Under the pieces are notes generated by a model. It made no database searches, was not told the DNA's origin, and saw nothing but the letters and a program-made list of their open reading frames with translations. Below, piece after piece: positions 1-10,000 of a stretch of 64,000 bases of DNA (its first letter is position 1; each line of letters starts with the position of its first letter). Both the position numbers and the translations under genes were made by a program. Source of the stretch: a virus; IMG/VR virus record IMGVR_UViG_3300044705_000115, positions 66,044-130,043 of that record, one strand, 5' to 3'.

Positions 1-279
1 GACTTTTTCCTCGGACTCCCATCGGTAGGGCCAAACGCCCGATCCATCCACGCTGAGGTCAACGTGGTAGGCGCCAGCCGCCGAGCGAACAACCTCGGAG
101 TCGGTGCCGTAGGCCAGCGTTTTGCGGGCCTCGCCAGGCGGCACGAACAGGAAGCGGACCACTGGCGGGTCAACCGCAGCGCCGCTCGCCAGGTCGGTGA
201 AGACGCACGAGATACGCACCAGCTCGCCCTCGGCGACAGGCGTGCGCGGCGAAGTTGCCTCAGCCCTGATCGCTTCCAT
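1..279 (-). CDS. Hypothetical phage protein downstream of portal (3' truncated by window edge)
   Basis: Not in the ORF track. My translation from ATG 279 is MEAIRAEATSPRTPVAEGELVRISCVFTDLASGAAVDPPVVRFLFVPPGEARKTLAYGTDSEVVRSAAGAYHVDLSVDGSGVWPYRWE.., open to position 1 and overlapping the portal stop. Confidence 0.65.
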   Translation of the reverse strand, partial: MEAIRAEATSPRTPVAEGELVRISCVFTDLASGAAVDPPVVRFLFVPPGEARKTLAYGTDSEVVRSAAGAYHVDLSVDGSGVWPYRWESEEKV

Positions 280-2404
280 TGCCGTTCGCCTGGGTGAACC
301 GCTTCAGCGCTTCCTCGGCGGCGGAGATGACCTCGACGCCGAAGCGCTGCTCAAGCTCATCGACCCGCTCGTTGCTGGCGTCCTGGGCGGCTGCCGGGAG
401 CTGGGCGAAGTTGGCCTCCGCCAGGCGCCGGGCCTCCGGCACGACAGCGGGGACGGGGCGCAGGAACATGGGGATCCCTCCGCGGCCGAGAACGATGGAC
501 TCGGCGAGCATCGAGCCATAGGGCCGTTTCGCCGCTTCCTCCGGCGTCTGGGATTTCATCCGGCCCCCATAGGGGTTTTCGGCCCCTTCTTCTTCGCCGC
601 CGCCTTCGCCAGTGCCGGGTTCTGCGCCGGGCGGCGGTTCGCGCTGCGCCGCCATGGCGGCCGCGAGCGCGGGGTCTTCGTAGCCCGGCGGGAAGACGCG
701 CTCGACGATCGCCTGGGCGTCTTCGACCTCGAGGCCATCGGTGAGCGCGACGCCGAGCAGGACGCGGCTGAGCTCGGTGTTGGTGCCGTTGGGATCGAAG
801 GTCTTGGCGATCCCTTCCACGGCCGTTACCAGTTCGCCCAGCATCCGACGCAGCGGCGAGGGCATCGACAGCTCGTAGGACAGGTCGCGCTCGGTGTCTT
901 CTTCGTCTTCGACCGCCTCGGCATGGGCTTCGGTCAGCGACAGGTTGCCCTGCTGCTGAGGCGGGCCGCCAGGTGCCGCCATCTGCGCCTGCGCCTGGGC
1001 CGCCTGTGCCGCAGCGCCTTCGCGCTTGGCCTTCTTGGCTTCCTCCTCTTCGCGCTTCTTGGCGATCTCCTCAGCATCGAGTTCTTTGCTGATCTTGCCC
1101 GCATCGACGGCCCGCTGGATCACGCGGTCGGTAAACCAGCGGAAAAGTCCCTCGAAGACCTCCTGCCGTCCTTCAACGGTCTTCAGCACGGGAAGCTCCA
1201 TCGAGGTCGCGGTGGCCAGGTTGGCCGATCCGGCGTCGCCCAAGTAGTGCTGCGGGAAGTGGGTGGCGGCGCTGATCTGCGAGCGGATCATCTGGCCGTC
1301 GGTCTCGGCGTTGCCCGCGCCCGAGTCGAGCTTGAACGGTTCCATCGTGACCGTGTCGTTCTCGTTGAGGATGCTGGCCGCCTTGGGGCCGGGCGGCACT
1401 TCTGCCAGCCGGTCACGATCGACTGCGGCGCCAAGGGTCGAGCGGCGCGAGAGCGCTTTCATCGCCATGCGCTCGATCTGGTTCGGCGTCCCCTGCGCCT
1501 TCCGTTTCATGATCAGCGCCGCGGCGGCCCGGGCCATGTCCACCCGCGCCTCCATGAAGTTGTTGTAGGCGGTGAACCAGCGCAGCGTCCGGTCCATCAC
1601 CGGATGGCCGAAGCCAGCCTCGGTGGTCTTGTTGACGTAGAGGTGGAAGACCTTGCCCTTGCCGGTCTTCGCCGGCGGCGCTTTTTCGAGGGCGGCGCCG
1701 CGCTCTTCCTCGGCGACTTCGACATTCTCCCAGTGTTCGTAGTAGCGCACCGGCCGGTTCTGGATGATGTCGCGGTCGCGTTCGAGCTCGACTTTCGCCT
1801 GGTCGTTGACGAAATCCCATTTGACGATCTTGCGCCGGGCGACGTAGTAGAGGATGCGCTGCCGGAACTCCTCGTCCCGCACCACGTTCTCAACGGCGTC
1901 GTGTTCGAGGATGCCGACTTTGACCTTGCCGTCGGCGCCGTCGTCGAAGAGCAGGAAGAAGATGTTGCTCTGGGTCGAGAGATCGACGCCGAGCGCCATC
2001 TGCGCTGCGTAGGTGGTCAGGATGAGCTTGTTGTCTGGGTCGTCCCAGGCTTCATCCACGATCTCCTGCACCTTGGGGTCAGCGCACTTCGGCTTCGGCA
2101 CGCCGCGGCCGAAGGTGAAGTCGTTGAGGAGATCGACGGCGCCACCAGCCTGCGGGTCTTTCTGCCATGCGACGCGGCTCCGCTGCGCGAGTTTGCGGCG
2201 CTCGACCGCCTGCAGGTCTTGCTCGTTGCCGCCGAAGTAGTCCAGCGCGGAGTAGGCCAGCAGATCCATTTCGCGCTGCATCGCGCGGCGCTCGACATCG
2301 CTGGCCTCGAGCAGCGCCAGCTCATCTCCGCGGCGCAGCGTGTAGCCGGTGCGCTCTTCGGCGGCCTCGCGCAGACGGTTGAGTGCGCCGCCTTCCCTAG
2401 CCAC
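260..2404 (-). CDS. Phage portal protein
   Basis: 714 aa downstream of the terminase. Portal-like segments (AVDLLNDFTFGRG; QISAATHFPQHYLGDAGSANLATATSM) and an acidic/low-complexity C-terminus. Confidence 0.8.
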   Translation of the reverse strand: MAREGGALNRLREAAEERTGYTLRRGDELALLEASDVERRAMQREMDLLAYSALDYFGGNEQDLQAVERRKLAQRSRVAWQKDPQAGGAVDLLNDFTFGRGVPKPKCADPKVQEIVDEAWDDPDNKLILTTYAAQMALGVDLSTQSNIFFLLFDDGADGKVKVGILEHDAVENVVRDEEFRQRILYYVARRKIVKWDFVNDQAKVELERDRDIIQNRPVRYYEHWENVEVAEEERGAALEKAPPAKTGKGKVFHLYVNKTTEAGFGHPVMDRTLRWFTAYNNFMEARVDMARAAAALIMKRKAQGTPNQIERMAMKALSRRSTLGAAVDRDRLAEVPPGPKAASILNENDTVTMEPFKLDSGAGNAETDGQMIRSQISAATHFPQHYLGDAGSANLATATSMELPVLKTVEGRQEVFEGLFRWFTDRVIQRAVDAGKISKELDAEEIAKKREEEEAKKAKREGAAAQAAQAQAQMAAPGGPPQQQGNLSLTEAHAEAVEDEEDTERDLSYELSMPSPLRRMLGELVTAVEGIAKTFDPNGTNTELSRVLLGVALTDGLEVEDAQAIVERVFPPGYEDPALAAAMAAQREPPPGAEPGTGEGGGEEEGAENPYGGRMKSQTPEEAAKRPYGSMLAESIVLGRGGIPMFLRPVPAVVPEARRLAEANFAQLPAAAQDASNERVDELEQRFGVEVISAAEEALKRFTQANGNGSDQG

Positions 2405-2699
2405 CGGAGGTCACTGCCTGCCGCTTGACGCGCCGGCCGACGCCATCGGCGCCCTGCTCGGCGAGGTCTGTGAGGATGCTCGCCGCCTCCTTGAAAGCGG
2501 TCATCGCTGGCTCGTCATCGACGAGGTTCGCGGCCGCCAGCAAGCCCGCAGCGTGCATCTCCAAGAGCGCCTGCCGCGAGCTGGCCTTGACGCCCTTCTC
2601 GTAGCCAAGCCGTTCCCCTTCTTCGCATCCCTGGTCACGGGCCTGTTTGAGAACCTTGCGGGCGTCCGCCGCGATCTGCCGCTGCGCCTCAGTCGCCAC
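2397..2699 (-). CDS. Hypothetical protein
   Basis: 100 aa. SD GAGGAGG upstream; overlaps the portal start. Confidence 0.6.
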   Translation of the reverse strand: MATEAQRQIAADARKVLKQARDQGCEEGERLGYEKGVKASSRQALLEMHAAGLLAAANLVDDEPAMTAFKEAASILTDLAEQGADGVGRRVKRQAVTSGG

Positions 2700-2880
2700 G
2701 TTTCCTCCTCTTCACTGGACGCCAGCTCTTCGCCGCCTCCTCGGTCAGGGTGTCGGTCTCCTCGGTGACAGCGTCTTCGACCAGCAGCGAGCCAGCCTTG
2801 TTGTAGCCCTTGACTTCGACCATCCGCTTCCCGTTCTCGAGGAAGTCCCCAGCCTCGGGTTTGCTCGCGGTCGCGGTCAT
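2689..2880 (-). CDS. Hypothetical protein (small, beta-rich)
   Basis: Start moved to ATG 2880 (MTATASKPEAG), which overlaps the upstream stop (ATGA). Confidence 0.55.
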   Translation of the reverse strand: MTATASKPEAGDFLENGKRMVEVKGYNKAGSLLVEDAVTEETDTLTEEAAKSWRPVKRRKRGD

Positions 2881-3116
2881 CGGACGGGCGTCTCCCCAGG
2901 AACCAGCTCGCGCTGCCGCGCCCACTGGCGCTCTTTCTCGGCCCGCCAGGTCGGGCAGTCGGTGTAGCAGTTCAGGCAGAAGGCCGAGAGGGTTCGCGGG
3001 TTAGTGGCGGCCCCGATCAGGCTCTTCTCGACCCTGCACTCGACCGTCGGACCCTCCTCCGTCTCGGCTACGAGGCGGCCTGCCGGGCACTTGACATCGA
3101 GCTTTGCTGCGGCCAC
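2877..3116 (-). CDS. Cys-rich hypothetical protein
   Basis: 79 aa with C..C and FCLNCYTDC motifs; possible Zn binding. Confidence 0.55.
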   Translation of the reverse strand: MAAAKLDVKCPAGRLVAETEEGPTVECRVEKSLIGAATNPRTLSAFCLNCYTDCPTWRAEKERQWARQRELVPGETPVR

Positions 3117-3157
3117 TTGCCGGAGAGACTAGGGCAGCAGGCGGTCGAACGCAGCGG

Positions 3158-4924
3158 CTACTCGCCGAAACCGGCCTGGTACTCCTCGTCGCGGAAGCCC
3201 GGGTCGTAGCGCTGGGCGTCGTACTCGTCGAGTTCTGCCCGCTCGAACTCCAGCATCTCGTCGAGCGGCTGGAAGACATCTCGCGTGTCCGCATCGACCC
3301 CCTGCCGGTAGTGCCAGAGCTCGGTCGCAACCACGTCGTAGACCTCGGCGTGGGTGTAGTCGTTGGGGCCGGTCTTGCGGTAGTGGACTTTGGTGCGGCC
3401 GAACTCGTCAGTTTCCGCCTCGCGCACCTCGCCCTGCAACTCGTCCTTGTAGCCCTCCGGCAGCGCTTCGGGATCGCATTCGCGGCCCCCAGGAAGCTCG
3501 TTGAGCTGGCGCCGGATCAGGTCGTAGGTCGCGTCGATGGCCTCGACCCTGCGCACCGTCGCCAAGATCAGCTCCTCATCGACAGCGAAGACCTGTTTCT
3601 GGTTCTGCGCGTAGGCGACCAGATAGACCCGGCCAGGGAAGCGCTCGGCCAGCCGGCGGCTCATCCGCTCCTCGGGCGCGTGGTCGATCGCGCACATGTT
3701 CACGTTGAAGCGCCGCATCAGCGACTCAAGCTCGTTGAAGGTATCGACGCGCCCGATCCACAGCGCCCGCTTGCGCTGGTCCTCGTAGTGCTCACTGATC
3801 CGCACGTTCATCGCCCGCGCCGAAGCGACATCGACGCCCATCGTCACGAGGTTGGCCGTCTGCCGGCCACCGTCCTTCGGCTCGAGCGAGTAGGCACGGC
3901 AGGCGGCGGCGATGGCGGCATCGGAAAGGCGCCCCTCCTCGTCGGCGTAGGCGAGGCCCAGGTCCTTGTTGAAGTGCGTCTTCTTGTCGGTCGGGTTCGT
4001 CTTCTTCGAGGCTTTGATGATTTCCCGAACGTTGGTGTTGGGTTTGACTAGGCGCGGGATGTGGTAGCCGCGAATGTCGATGTCGGGATGCTCGGCGACC
4101 CATTCGCCCTGCCGAACATCGAGCGGCTTGCGGCACTTTGAGCAGATGACCGTGGCCGTCTCTAGATCGACGTTGTCGGGGAACTCGATGTGCTGCCAGT
4201 TGCGGCAGGCCGCGCACTTGACCATCCAGCGCCGCATGTCCGATTCCTCGTAGAGCCGGTCGATCCCCCAGTTCGGGGTCGAGGGGACGCCGACGCGCCG
4301 GATCAAGGCGATGTCAGAGCCGGAGATGCGGCGCTCGGCGTCGGGGATGTTCTCCTGCGTGAGGGTGTCGTACTCGTCCAGCGCGAGGACATCTGCATCG
4401 ACCGAGTCCAGCGCGGTTTTGGTCTCCGAGCCGCGGAAGTAGACCATGCCCAGCCCGATCTGCCGCAGCCCCTTGTTCTGGACATGCGCTGGCGGCACGC
4501 GGCCACGCAGGTACTCAGACCCTAGGATCGCCTGCTTGACGCGAGCGTCAGCGAAGTCGTACATCTGGGCGAGTTTCGGGAAGACGTAGAGCGCGACTAG
4601 GGCGCCGATGTCGGCGTGGTACATGACCCAGCGGGTCAGGTAGGCGGAGATGCCGAGCTGGGTCGCCTTTTTGATCACCATCTCCTTCTCGTAGGCGCCC
4701 TCGGCGTACAGCTCGCGCTGGAAGGGGAAGCGGTCGAAGTCGAGCGTCCCCGATTTCGGCTCAGGTACGCGCAGCGCCCAGTCGAGGAACGGCGTGCGCT
4801 GGTTCTTGCGGTCAGCCTGCTGGGTTTCCCAAAGCTCCAGCACCGCCTTCAGCGGGTCGATGTGGGGCGCCGTGGTCGCGCCCGTCGCCTGGGCACCGAA
4901 GCGCGTGGTCAGGGGGCCAGCCAT
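3158..4924 (-). CDS. terL: Terminase large subunit (lambda GpA family)
   Basis: GpA-type Walker A KKATQLGIS, Walker B LALDEYD, coupling motif STP, CAAC..CSKC zinc ribbon, nuclease motif MGVDV. Confidence 0.92.
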   Translation of the reverse strand: MAGPLTTRFGAQATGATTAPHIDPLKAVLELWETQQADRKNQRTPFLDWALRVPEPKSGTLDFDRFPFQRELYAEGAYEKEMVIKKATQLGISAYLTRWVMYHADIGALVALYVFPKLAQMYDFADARVKQAILGSEYLRGRVPPAHVQNKGLRQIGLGMVYFRGSETKTALDSVDADVLALDEYDTLTQENIPDAERRISGSDIALIRRVGVPSTPNWGIDRLYEESDMRRWMVKCAACRNWQHIEFPDNVDLETATVICSKCRKPLDVRQGEWVAEHPDIDIRGYHIPRLVKPNTNVREIIKASKKTNPTDKKTHFNKDLGLAYADEEGRLSDAAIAAACRAYSLEPKDGGRQTANLVTMGVDVASARAMNVRISEHYEDQRKRALWIGRVDTFNELESLMRRFNVNMCAIDHAPEERMSRRLAERFPGRVYLVAYAQNQKQVFAVDEELILATVRRVEAIDATYDLIRRQLNELPGGRECDPEALPEGYKDELQGEVREAETDEFGRTKVHYRKTGPNDYTHAEVYDVVATELWHYRQGVDADTRDVFQPLDEMLEFERAELDEYDAQRYDPGFRDEEYQAGFGE

Positions 4925-5412
4925 CAGTTGCCCGCGAACTGCGAGATGGCCGTCATGACCTTCTCGACGGTCTCCTCGGGAACCTGCTCCTCGGTGAAGA
5001 CGCGAAGAACAGTCGCAGCGAAGGCCCGGACATCCATGTCAACCTTCAGCGTCCCCAGATCGTTCGGCAGGACGCCCGTGGCCTGCATCAGCGAGGTCAT
5101 CTTGTCGAGCGCGTCGATCCTCGCCTTGATCGCCCCCACGCGCACGTTGTCGTTTTTGGTCGTCGACGAGACGAGCGCCAGCTCCTCGATCGAGCCGCGC
5201 AACTCGAAGAGAACCTGCTCGACGACCTCAATCGGGTCGATGGTCTTCAGGTTGGGCTGCGACTCCCGCCACTGCGCCATGACTTCGCGGACGGTCGACT
5301 CGTCCACGTTGAAGGTGTCGGCGACAGTGGCATCCGAGAGAGACCGCGCCTTCGCCGCAACGATCTGCCTATCCCGCTCGACTTTCTCGGCGGCGTTCTT
5401 CGCTCGGGCCAC
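4924..5412 (-). CDS. terS: Terminase small subunit
   Basis: 162 aa with an N-terminal HTH (SDATVADTFNVDESTVREV) and a helical C-terminus; TGATG-coupled to terL. Confidence 0.75.
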   Translation of the reverse strand: MARAKNAAEKVERDRQIVAAKARSLSDATVADTFNVDESTVREVMAQWRESQPNLKTIDPIEVVEQVLFELRGSIEELALVSSTTKNDNVRVGAIKARIDALDKMTSLMQATGVLPNDLGTLKVDMDVRAFAATVLRVFTEEQVPEETVEKVMTAISQFAGN

Positions 5413-5441
5413 GCTGCGATGTTACGCAGCAGACCCGCCAG

Positions 5442-5744
5442 CTACTCCGCCGCAGCCTGCTCCTTGATCTCGCGGAGGAAGGGGCAATCGTCTTCATGGC
5501 CCAGCATGATCTGGCCCATGCCCGGCAAGAGGCGTTTGAATGTCACGGTCGGATTGGCGCAGGTGCATCCGCGCTCTTTGGCCGCCGCCACCATCTCTTT
5601 CGCCGCCTGCTTCTGACCCTCAAGACCGGCTGGGACTTCGATCCCGCCGATCTCGGGGTCGGGCGTAACGGCCGTTCCGCGAGCCAGCAGCGCCGATGCC
5701 TCCTTCGCCTCTCTATCGCGCCGGATACGCGCCGCCTTGCCCAT
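5442..5744 (-). CDS. Hypothetical protein
   Basis: Start ATG 5744 (MGKAARIRR) coupled to the upstream stop; CTC..H..C motif. Confidence 0.55.
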   Translation of the reverse strand: MGKAARIRRDREAKEASALLARGTAVTPDPEIGGIEVPAGLEGQKQAAKEMVAAAKERGCTCANPTVTFKRLLPGMGQIMLGHEDDCPFLREIKEQAAAE

Positions 5745-5995
5745 TAGCTCCTCCTCGGATCGACGGGACGCCCGCATCGCTCGCAGCGAAGTCCCTTGGT
5801 TTCATGGCCCCAGCGATCACAGGTCTTCTCCGCCGCGCCGGCGTGGCCGATACGGGCGAACCAGAAGAAGTAGTGCGCGAGAGCGCGGAAGCGCAGGAAC
5901 GCTCTATGCGTGTAGGGCTGATAGCCCTCGCCGTCAGCGAAGCGCTCCAGCGCCTCCGGGCTCGGCTCGCGCAGGTTCTCGTAGGTGTCAGGCAC
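5744..5995 (-). CDS. Hypothetical protein (C-terminal CxxC)
   Basis: Probable GTG start at 5995; CDRWGH..CERCG motif. Confidence 0.5.
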   Translation of the reverse strand: MPDTYENLREPSPEALERFADGEGYQPYTHRAFLRFRALAHYFFWFARIGHAGAAEKTCDRWGHETKGLRCERCGRPVDPRRS

Positions 5996-6278
5996 CGAGC
6001 ATCGGCGGCTTGTCGGTGTCGCCTCGCTTGGCCGCCACAAGTATTTCGACGGTGGCTCGGCGAGCCTCCGCAGAGTCGAGGATGCTGACCTCTACGTCGA
6101 GGAAGCCGTCACGGTGCTGCGGGTCCTTCTTGACCTCGGCCACCGTCACCGTGGCACCGACCTCGAAACGCGCATTCTCAGTCGGTGCCTGGACGAAGCG
6201 CAGGATGTCGCCCTTGCTGATCGGCTTGTCCTCGAACTGGGCGGCTTCCAGCGACAGCACCGTGACGACAGGACTCAT
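5988..6278 (-). CDS. Hypothetical protein
   Basis: Start ATG 6278 overlaps the upstream stop; globular composition. Confidence 0.55.
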   Translation of the reverse strand: MSPVVTVLSLEAAQFEDKPISKGDILRFVQAPTENARFEVGATVTVAEVKKDPQHRDGFLDVEVSILDSAEARRATVEILVAAKRGDTDKPPMLGA

Positions 6279-7174
6279 GCCGCCTGCGCCTCCTCCCACG
6301 CCTCCTCCAGCGCCTCCTCGGTCATCGGGTCGCCATAGCGCTCGGAGCCCACGAGGGGGGCCATCGCGCCAGCCATCTTGAAGACACCAGCACCGCCCGA
6401 TTCTGCCTCCGGCTCAGGCCGCAGCCAAACCAGCGCGAGCGCGTAGGCGAAGTCGTAGGTGTTGCCGGAGTGGTCGTCGGAGAGGTCGGGCATCAGATCA
6501 CGGCGTTTCTGCTTGGCCTCGGGGGAGTAGTTGAACTCGGCGCTGCCGAGCGCGTTCCACCAAGTCAGCCAGATCAGCTCCGGGATCGGCGGCTTCTCCA
6601 GCCCCGCATCGACCTTGCCCTGCCAGTACTCCTCGGCCTCGGAGATGTCGCCCTTGGCCGCCTCCATGGCCGCCCTGCCGAAAACTGCGGCCTGCTCGCA
6701 GCAGAACAACTCGTAGCCGCCGAACTTCCAGCCCCAGCTCGGATCGCGCATGTACTTGGCTATGCGGCGACGGAACTCGATGGGCAGAGCGGCGACCCGC
6801 TCCTCGAATTCTGCTTTGCCACCGCGCTCCCACTCCAGCGCTTTGGCCAAATCCTTCTGCCGGTTCTCCTCCTCCTGCGCTGCGTAATGCTCCTCGGGGG
6901 TATTGAAGAAGACGACGGTGCCGCGCAGGGCCATGCCGAGAATGAGGCTCCCGTGCACCGTGTAGAGCCGCACCCGATCACCCTTCTCTGGCGGCTCGAT
7001 TCCGGGGACATCCGGCATCCCGAAGCCGGTTGAATCCTCGGTGGTAATCGTCCAGCCACCGCCCGACGTGTACTCCTCAGCGCTCTTGATGATGAGGTCC
7101 TTGGCTTCGTAATCGCCATCGGCCAAGCGGTCCTCTGGTAGGCCGCTGCGAGGGAAGTCAGTCTTGTCTGGCAT
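6275..7174 (-). CDS. Hypothetical phage protein
   Basis: 299 aa, coding-like composition; YELFCCEQA and DHSGNTYDFA motifs; no family recognised. Confidence 0.7.
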   Translation of the reverse strand: MPDKTDFPRSGLPEDRLADGDYEAKDLIIKSAEEYTSGGGWTITTEDSTGFGMPDVPGIEPPEKGDRVRLYTVHGSLILGMALRGTVVFFNTPEEHYAAQEEENRQKDLAKALEWERGGKAEFEERVAALPIEFRRRIAKYMRDPSWGWKFGGYELFCCEQAAVFGRAAMEAAKGDISEAEEYWQGKVDAGLEKPPIPELIWLTWWNALGSAEFNYSPEAKQKRRDLMPDLSDDHSGNTYDFAYALALVWLRPEPEAESGGAGVFKMAGAMAPLVGSERYGDPMTEEALEEAWEEAQAA

Positions 7175-7448
7175 TTCGCATCCTTTGCATGTTCATCGTC
7201 TCGTTGCCGCACAGCTCGCATTCGGCCACACAGCGCATTGACTCGTGGATGAAGCGCCGCAAACCCTCGCTCTCGCCAGCCCTGACTCCACAGCTAGTGC
7301 AGACCCGCTCCTCGAAGTAGCGAGCCTCGATGCCCTGCTTGCGGTCGGGTTTCAGAACCCTCGCGCCCGCGCCAACACCGATCTCGTTGAACTTCGTGTT
7401 GCTTCTCGGCCTAGCTCCGTCGAACGGTCCACCGACGAGTTCGATCAC
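7158..7448 (-). CDS. Hypothetical protein with two CxxC motifs
   Basis: IELVGGPFDG N-terminal motif; CTSC and CELC; preceded by CGACCAAGGAG. Confidence 0.6.
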   Translation of the reverse strand: MIELVGGPFDGARPRSNTKFNEIGVGAGARVLKPDRKQGIEARYFEERVCTSCGVRAGESEGLRRFIHESMRCVAECELCGNETMNMQRMRNARQD

Positions 7449-7476
7449 TTGCGGTCTCCTTGGTCGTCGCCAAAGA

Positions 7477-8160
7477 CTACGCCATTTTCTCGTAATCGCG
7501 GCACAGCTTCACGAGCGCTTTGGCGCGATCTCCGGTCTCTGCGACAAGGTGGCCGATCACGCGCTCGACGACTTCGTGGTCGCGCTTCATCAGCACGAAC
7601 TGGATCACCTCGGGCGCCTCGCGCTCCTCGCGCTCGACCGATTCGCGGACTTTCTCCGGCAGCGCGTCGGTGAAGCTGGCGAGCGAGAGGCTGTCCTTGA
7701 TCGCCGCCGAGTCCATCCCTAGGCGCCGGGCAAGCTCGTCCTCGGGAATGCGCTGGTTCAGGTCGGCCAGCAGCAGAGCCAGTTTGATCGGGATGAATTC
7801 GCCCCGCAGGTTGTTCATCGAGACCATCGCCAACGCCGCCTCGTCGTCGGTGTCGGGGCTGACGACGACGGCGGGGATAGTCTCCGCCGCGAGTTCGCGC
7901 AGCGCCCGCCAGCGATGCTCGCCGTCGATGATCTCGTAGCGCTGCTGACCCGACGGCGCCTCGCCGACCTCGTGGTGCATGACCTTCTCGCGCACGAGGA
8001 TCGGCTGCTTGAAACCATGCTCGCGGATGTCCCGCTTCAGCGTTTCCATCTTGTCCTCGGGCAACTCGTTCGGGTTGCGAGGATTGGGGTCGATCAAGTC
8101 GATCTGCAGCGTCTGAACCTCCAGCTCGACATGCCGCAGATCCTCAAGGCTCTTAGCCAC
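7477..8160 (-). CDS. ParB N-terminal (ParBc) domain protein
   Basis: IDPNPRNPN, IREHGFKQPILV and YEIIDGEHRWRA motifs. Confidence 0.88.
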   Translation of the reverse strand: MAKSLEDLRHVELEVQTLQIDLIDPNPRNPNELPEDKMETLKRDIREHGFKQPILVREKVMHHEVGEAPSGQQRYEIIDGEHRWRALRELAAETIPAVVVSPDTDDEAALAMVSMNNLRGEFIPIKLALLLADLNQRIPEDELARRLGMDSAAIKDSLSLASFTDALPEKVRESVEREEREAPEVIQFVLMKRDHEVVERVIGHLVAETGDRAKALVKLCRDYEKMA

Positions 8161-8623
8161 GCTTCCTCCATTCGATTTTCAGCGGCTCAGCCGCTCGGTA
8201 CTTGAAGCCGGTCAGGCCCTCGTCATCGGCGACCAGCCAGTAGCCAGTCGTGATGAGCAGGCCCATCTCTGGCGGTTCTTTCGCTGGCGGCGGGAGCGTG
8301 GAGATCCCTGCCGCCTGCTTCACGACGTAGGGACGGCCACTGAGCCAGGGACAGACATCGAGGGCGAAGGCCATGCAGTCAGGGTGTGCGGGAGGCTCGC
8401 CGAAGGTTCGTCGCTCGATGCTGTACTCGGTGCCGACGAAGGCAATCTTCCTGCCCAGTCCCTTGCCGCAGAGCTGGCAGAGCCTCAGCGCACCGCAGCG
8501 GGCACGGGCAACCTCATCGTGAACCTTGAAGTCGGGGATGCCGTCGATGACAGCGGTCACCACAGGCACTGGGAAACGCCCGACATGCGGGCGCTCCCGA
8601 AGTGCCTGTGGCTCCTCGACCAT
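8153..8623 (-). CDS. Conserved actinobacterial/phage Cys/His protein
   Basis: LCQLCG..EPPAHPDCMAFALDVCPWL pattern. Confidence 0.65.
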   Translation of the reverse strand: MVEEPQALRERPHVGRFPVPVVTAVIDGIPDFKVHDEVARARCGALRLCQLCGKGLGRKIAFVGTEYSIERRTFGEPPAHPDCMAFALDVCPWLSGRPYVVKQAAGISTLPPPAKEPPEMGLLITTGYWLVADDEGLTGFKYRAAEPLKIEWRKRG

Positions 8624-8946
8624 CAGTCGTCGGAACCGCCGCCACCGGCAGTCGCCGCCGGCGAACGGCGCTGGCGCGTCCCCACCGTCGATGCCTGGCC
8701 GAACTCGTCGACGATCTTCGTCGTCCGGTTGCGCGGCACCACCGGGAAGTTCCTCTGGGCCGGTGCAGCGTAGGTGCCGCCCTTTTCCTCCTCGCCGAAG
8801 CCCTCGGTCGCGGCGACGATCGCGTCGTTGCCGTTGGCCGCAGTCTCGGCCCCGATCTCGACCCAGACCCGCTTGCCCTCCGCGAGCGCCTTGGCCACGG
8901 CCTCTTCGTCGCCCTGCTTCAGCACCACGTACTCGGTGTCAGCCAC
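8623..8946 (-). CDS. Hypothetical protein
   Basis: 107 aa; SD AAAGGA..GAAGG upstream. Confidence 0.6.
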   Translation of the reverse strand: MADTEYVVLKQGDEEAVAKALAEGKRVWVEIGAETAANGNDAIVAATEGFGEEEKGGTYAAPAQRNFPVVPRNRTTKIVDEFGQASTVGTRQRRSPAATAGGGGSDD

Positions 8947-8968
8947 CTTCTCGTCCTTTCGTTGTGGC

Positions 8969-10000
8969 TCACGTCGCGCACAAGATGTACTCGTGGCTCG
9001 TGGCCTTGGTGTGGTCGTTCTCCTTGCTGGTGATGTGGCCGTAGCGGATCGCGTGCATCTGCACCGTCCGCCCGCGCTCCCTCATCAGCTCTGCAAGCTC
9101 CTCGGCGTCAACGCCCTTGCCCCCGACCGAGACGACCCAGGCGGCGATGTGCCCTGCTGCATCGAAGACCTCGGCGAGGTGCCGCCAGCCTCCGGCGCGG
9201 CTGAAACGGCTCGGGCCTGTGGGCGGCGTTTCGTTCTGCAGGATGCCGTCGAGCGCCCAGTAGTTGCGCTCGTACGTCTCGGTCTCCGGGTAGGGAGGGT
9301 CGAGGTAGAGGACATCCGGCGTCTCGGGAAGCAGGTCGAACAGGCCCAGCACATCGGCCCGGAACATGCGGTTGTCCTGGCCGTTGGAGAAGACCCCCTG
9401 CCCCATCGCAGCGAGGGCGAGCAGCATCATCCTCCGGGGCCTGGTCAGCGCTGGCACACGGTCGATCTGAGTTGGCGTCATCGCGTCCCACTCGCCCTTC
9501 CGCGCGTGGCTGACGCCGAGCGAGCGCACCTGGCCCCACATCGAGAGCCGAGTCGCAGTCTTCAGCATCAGCGAGCGCATCAGCGCCGCCCGCGCGGGGT
9601 TCTCGTACTCCAGCGCTGCCTTGGCGATCTGGGCCAGCAGTTCGCGGGCGCCGTCGGGCCACGGCAGGTCCTTAACCGGCGGGAGCCACCAGTCGTTGAC
9701 GTTCTGCTCGAGCGCAATCGCAGCGTCGCTCTCGGTCAACTTCACGCTGTCGTTCTCGACGAACGCCTGGCCCACAGCCTCGCTGCGGCGGCTGACATCG
9801 TTGGCGAAGACGCGGTAGCCCAGGCGCTTGCCCGTCAACGCCACCGAGCATCCGCCAGCGAAGGCATCGCACAGCACGTACCCCTGGCCGGGCGGGAAGC
9901 CAGCCTCGGAGATGGCAGCGAAGATCGGCTGGGCCAGCTCACGCTTGCTGCCGAGATACTGCGGCAAGGCATCGAGGCAGGCCAACGCTGACTTAGGCAT
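8969..10000 (-). CDS. DNA adenine methyltransferase (alpha/D12 class)
   Basis: YLGSKRELA (motif X), DAFAGGCSV (motif I), YLDPPY (motif IV), C-terminal EYILC. Confidence 0.9.
   Translation of the reverse strand: MPKSALACLDALPQYLGSKRELAQPIFAAISEAGFPPGQGYVLCDAFAGGCSVALTGKRLGYRVFANDVSRRSEAVGQAFVENDSVKLTESDAAIALEQNVNDWWLPPVKDLPWPDGARELLAQIAKAALEYENPARAALMRSLMLKTATRLSMWGQVRSLGVSHARKGEWDAMTPTQIDRVPALTRPRRMMLLALAAMGQGVFSNGQDNRMFRADVLGLFDLLPETPDVLYLDPPYPETETYERNYWALDGILQNETPPTGPSRFSRAGGWRHLAEVFDAAGHIAAWVVSVGGKGVDAEELAELMRERGRTVQMHAIRYGHITSKENDHTKATSHEYILCAT

Noticed and set aside
122-2428. 768-aa plus-strand ORF
   Set aside because: Antisense shadow of the portal gene; stop-free because of GC-rich codon bias, with no motifs.
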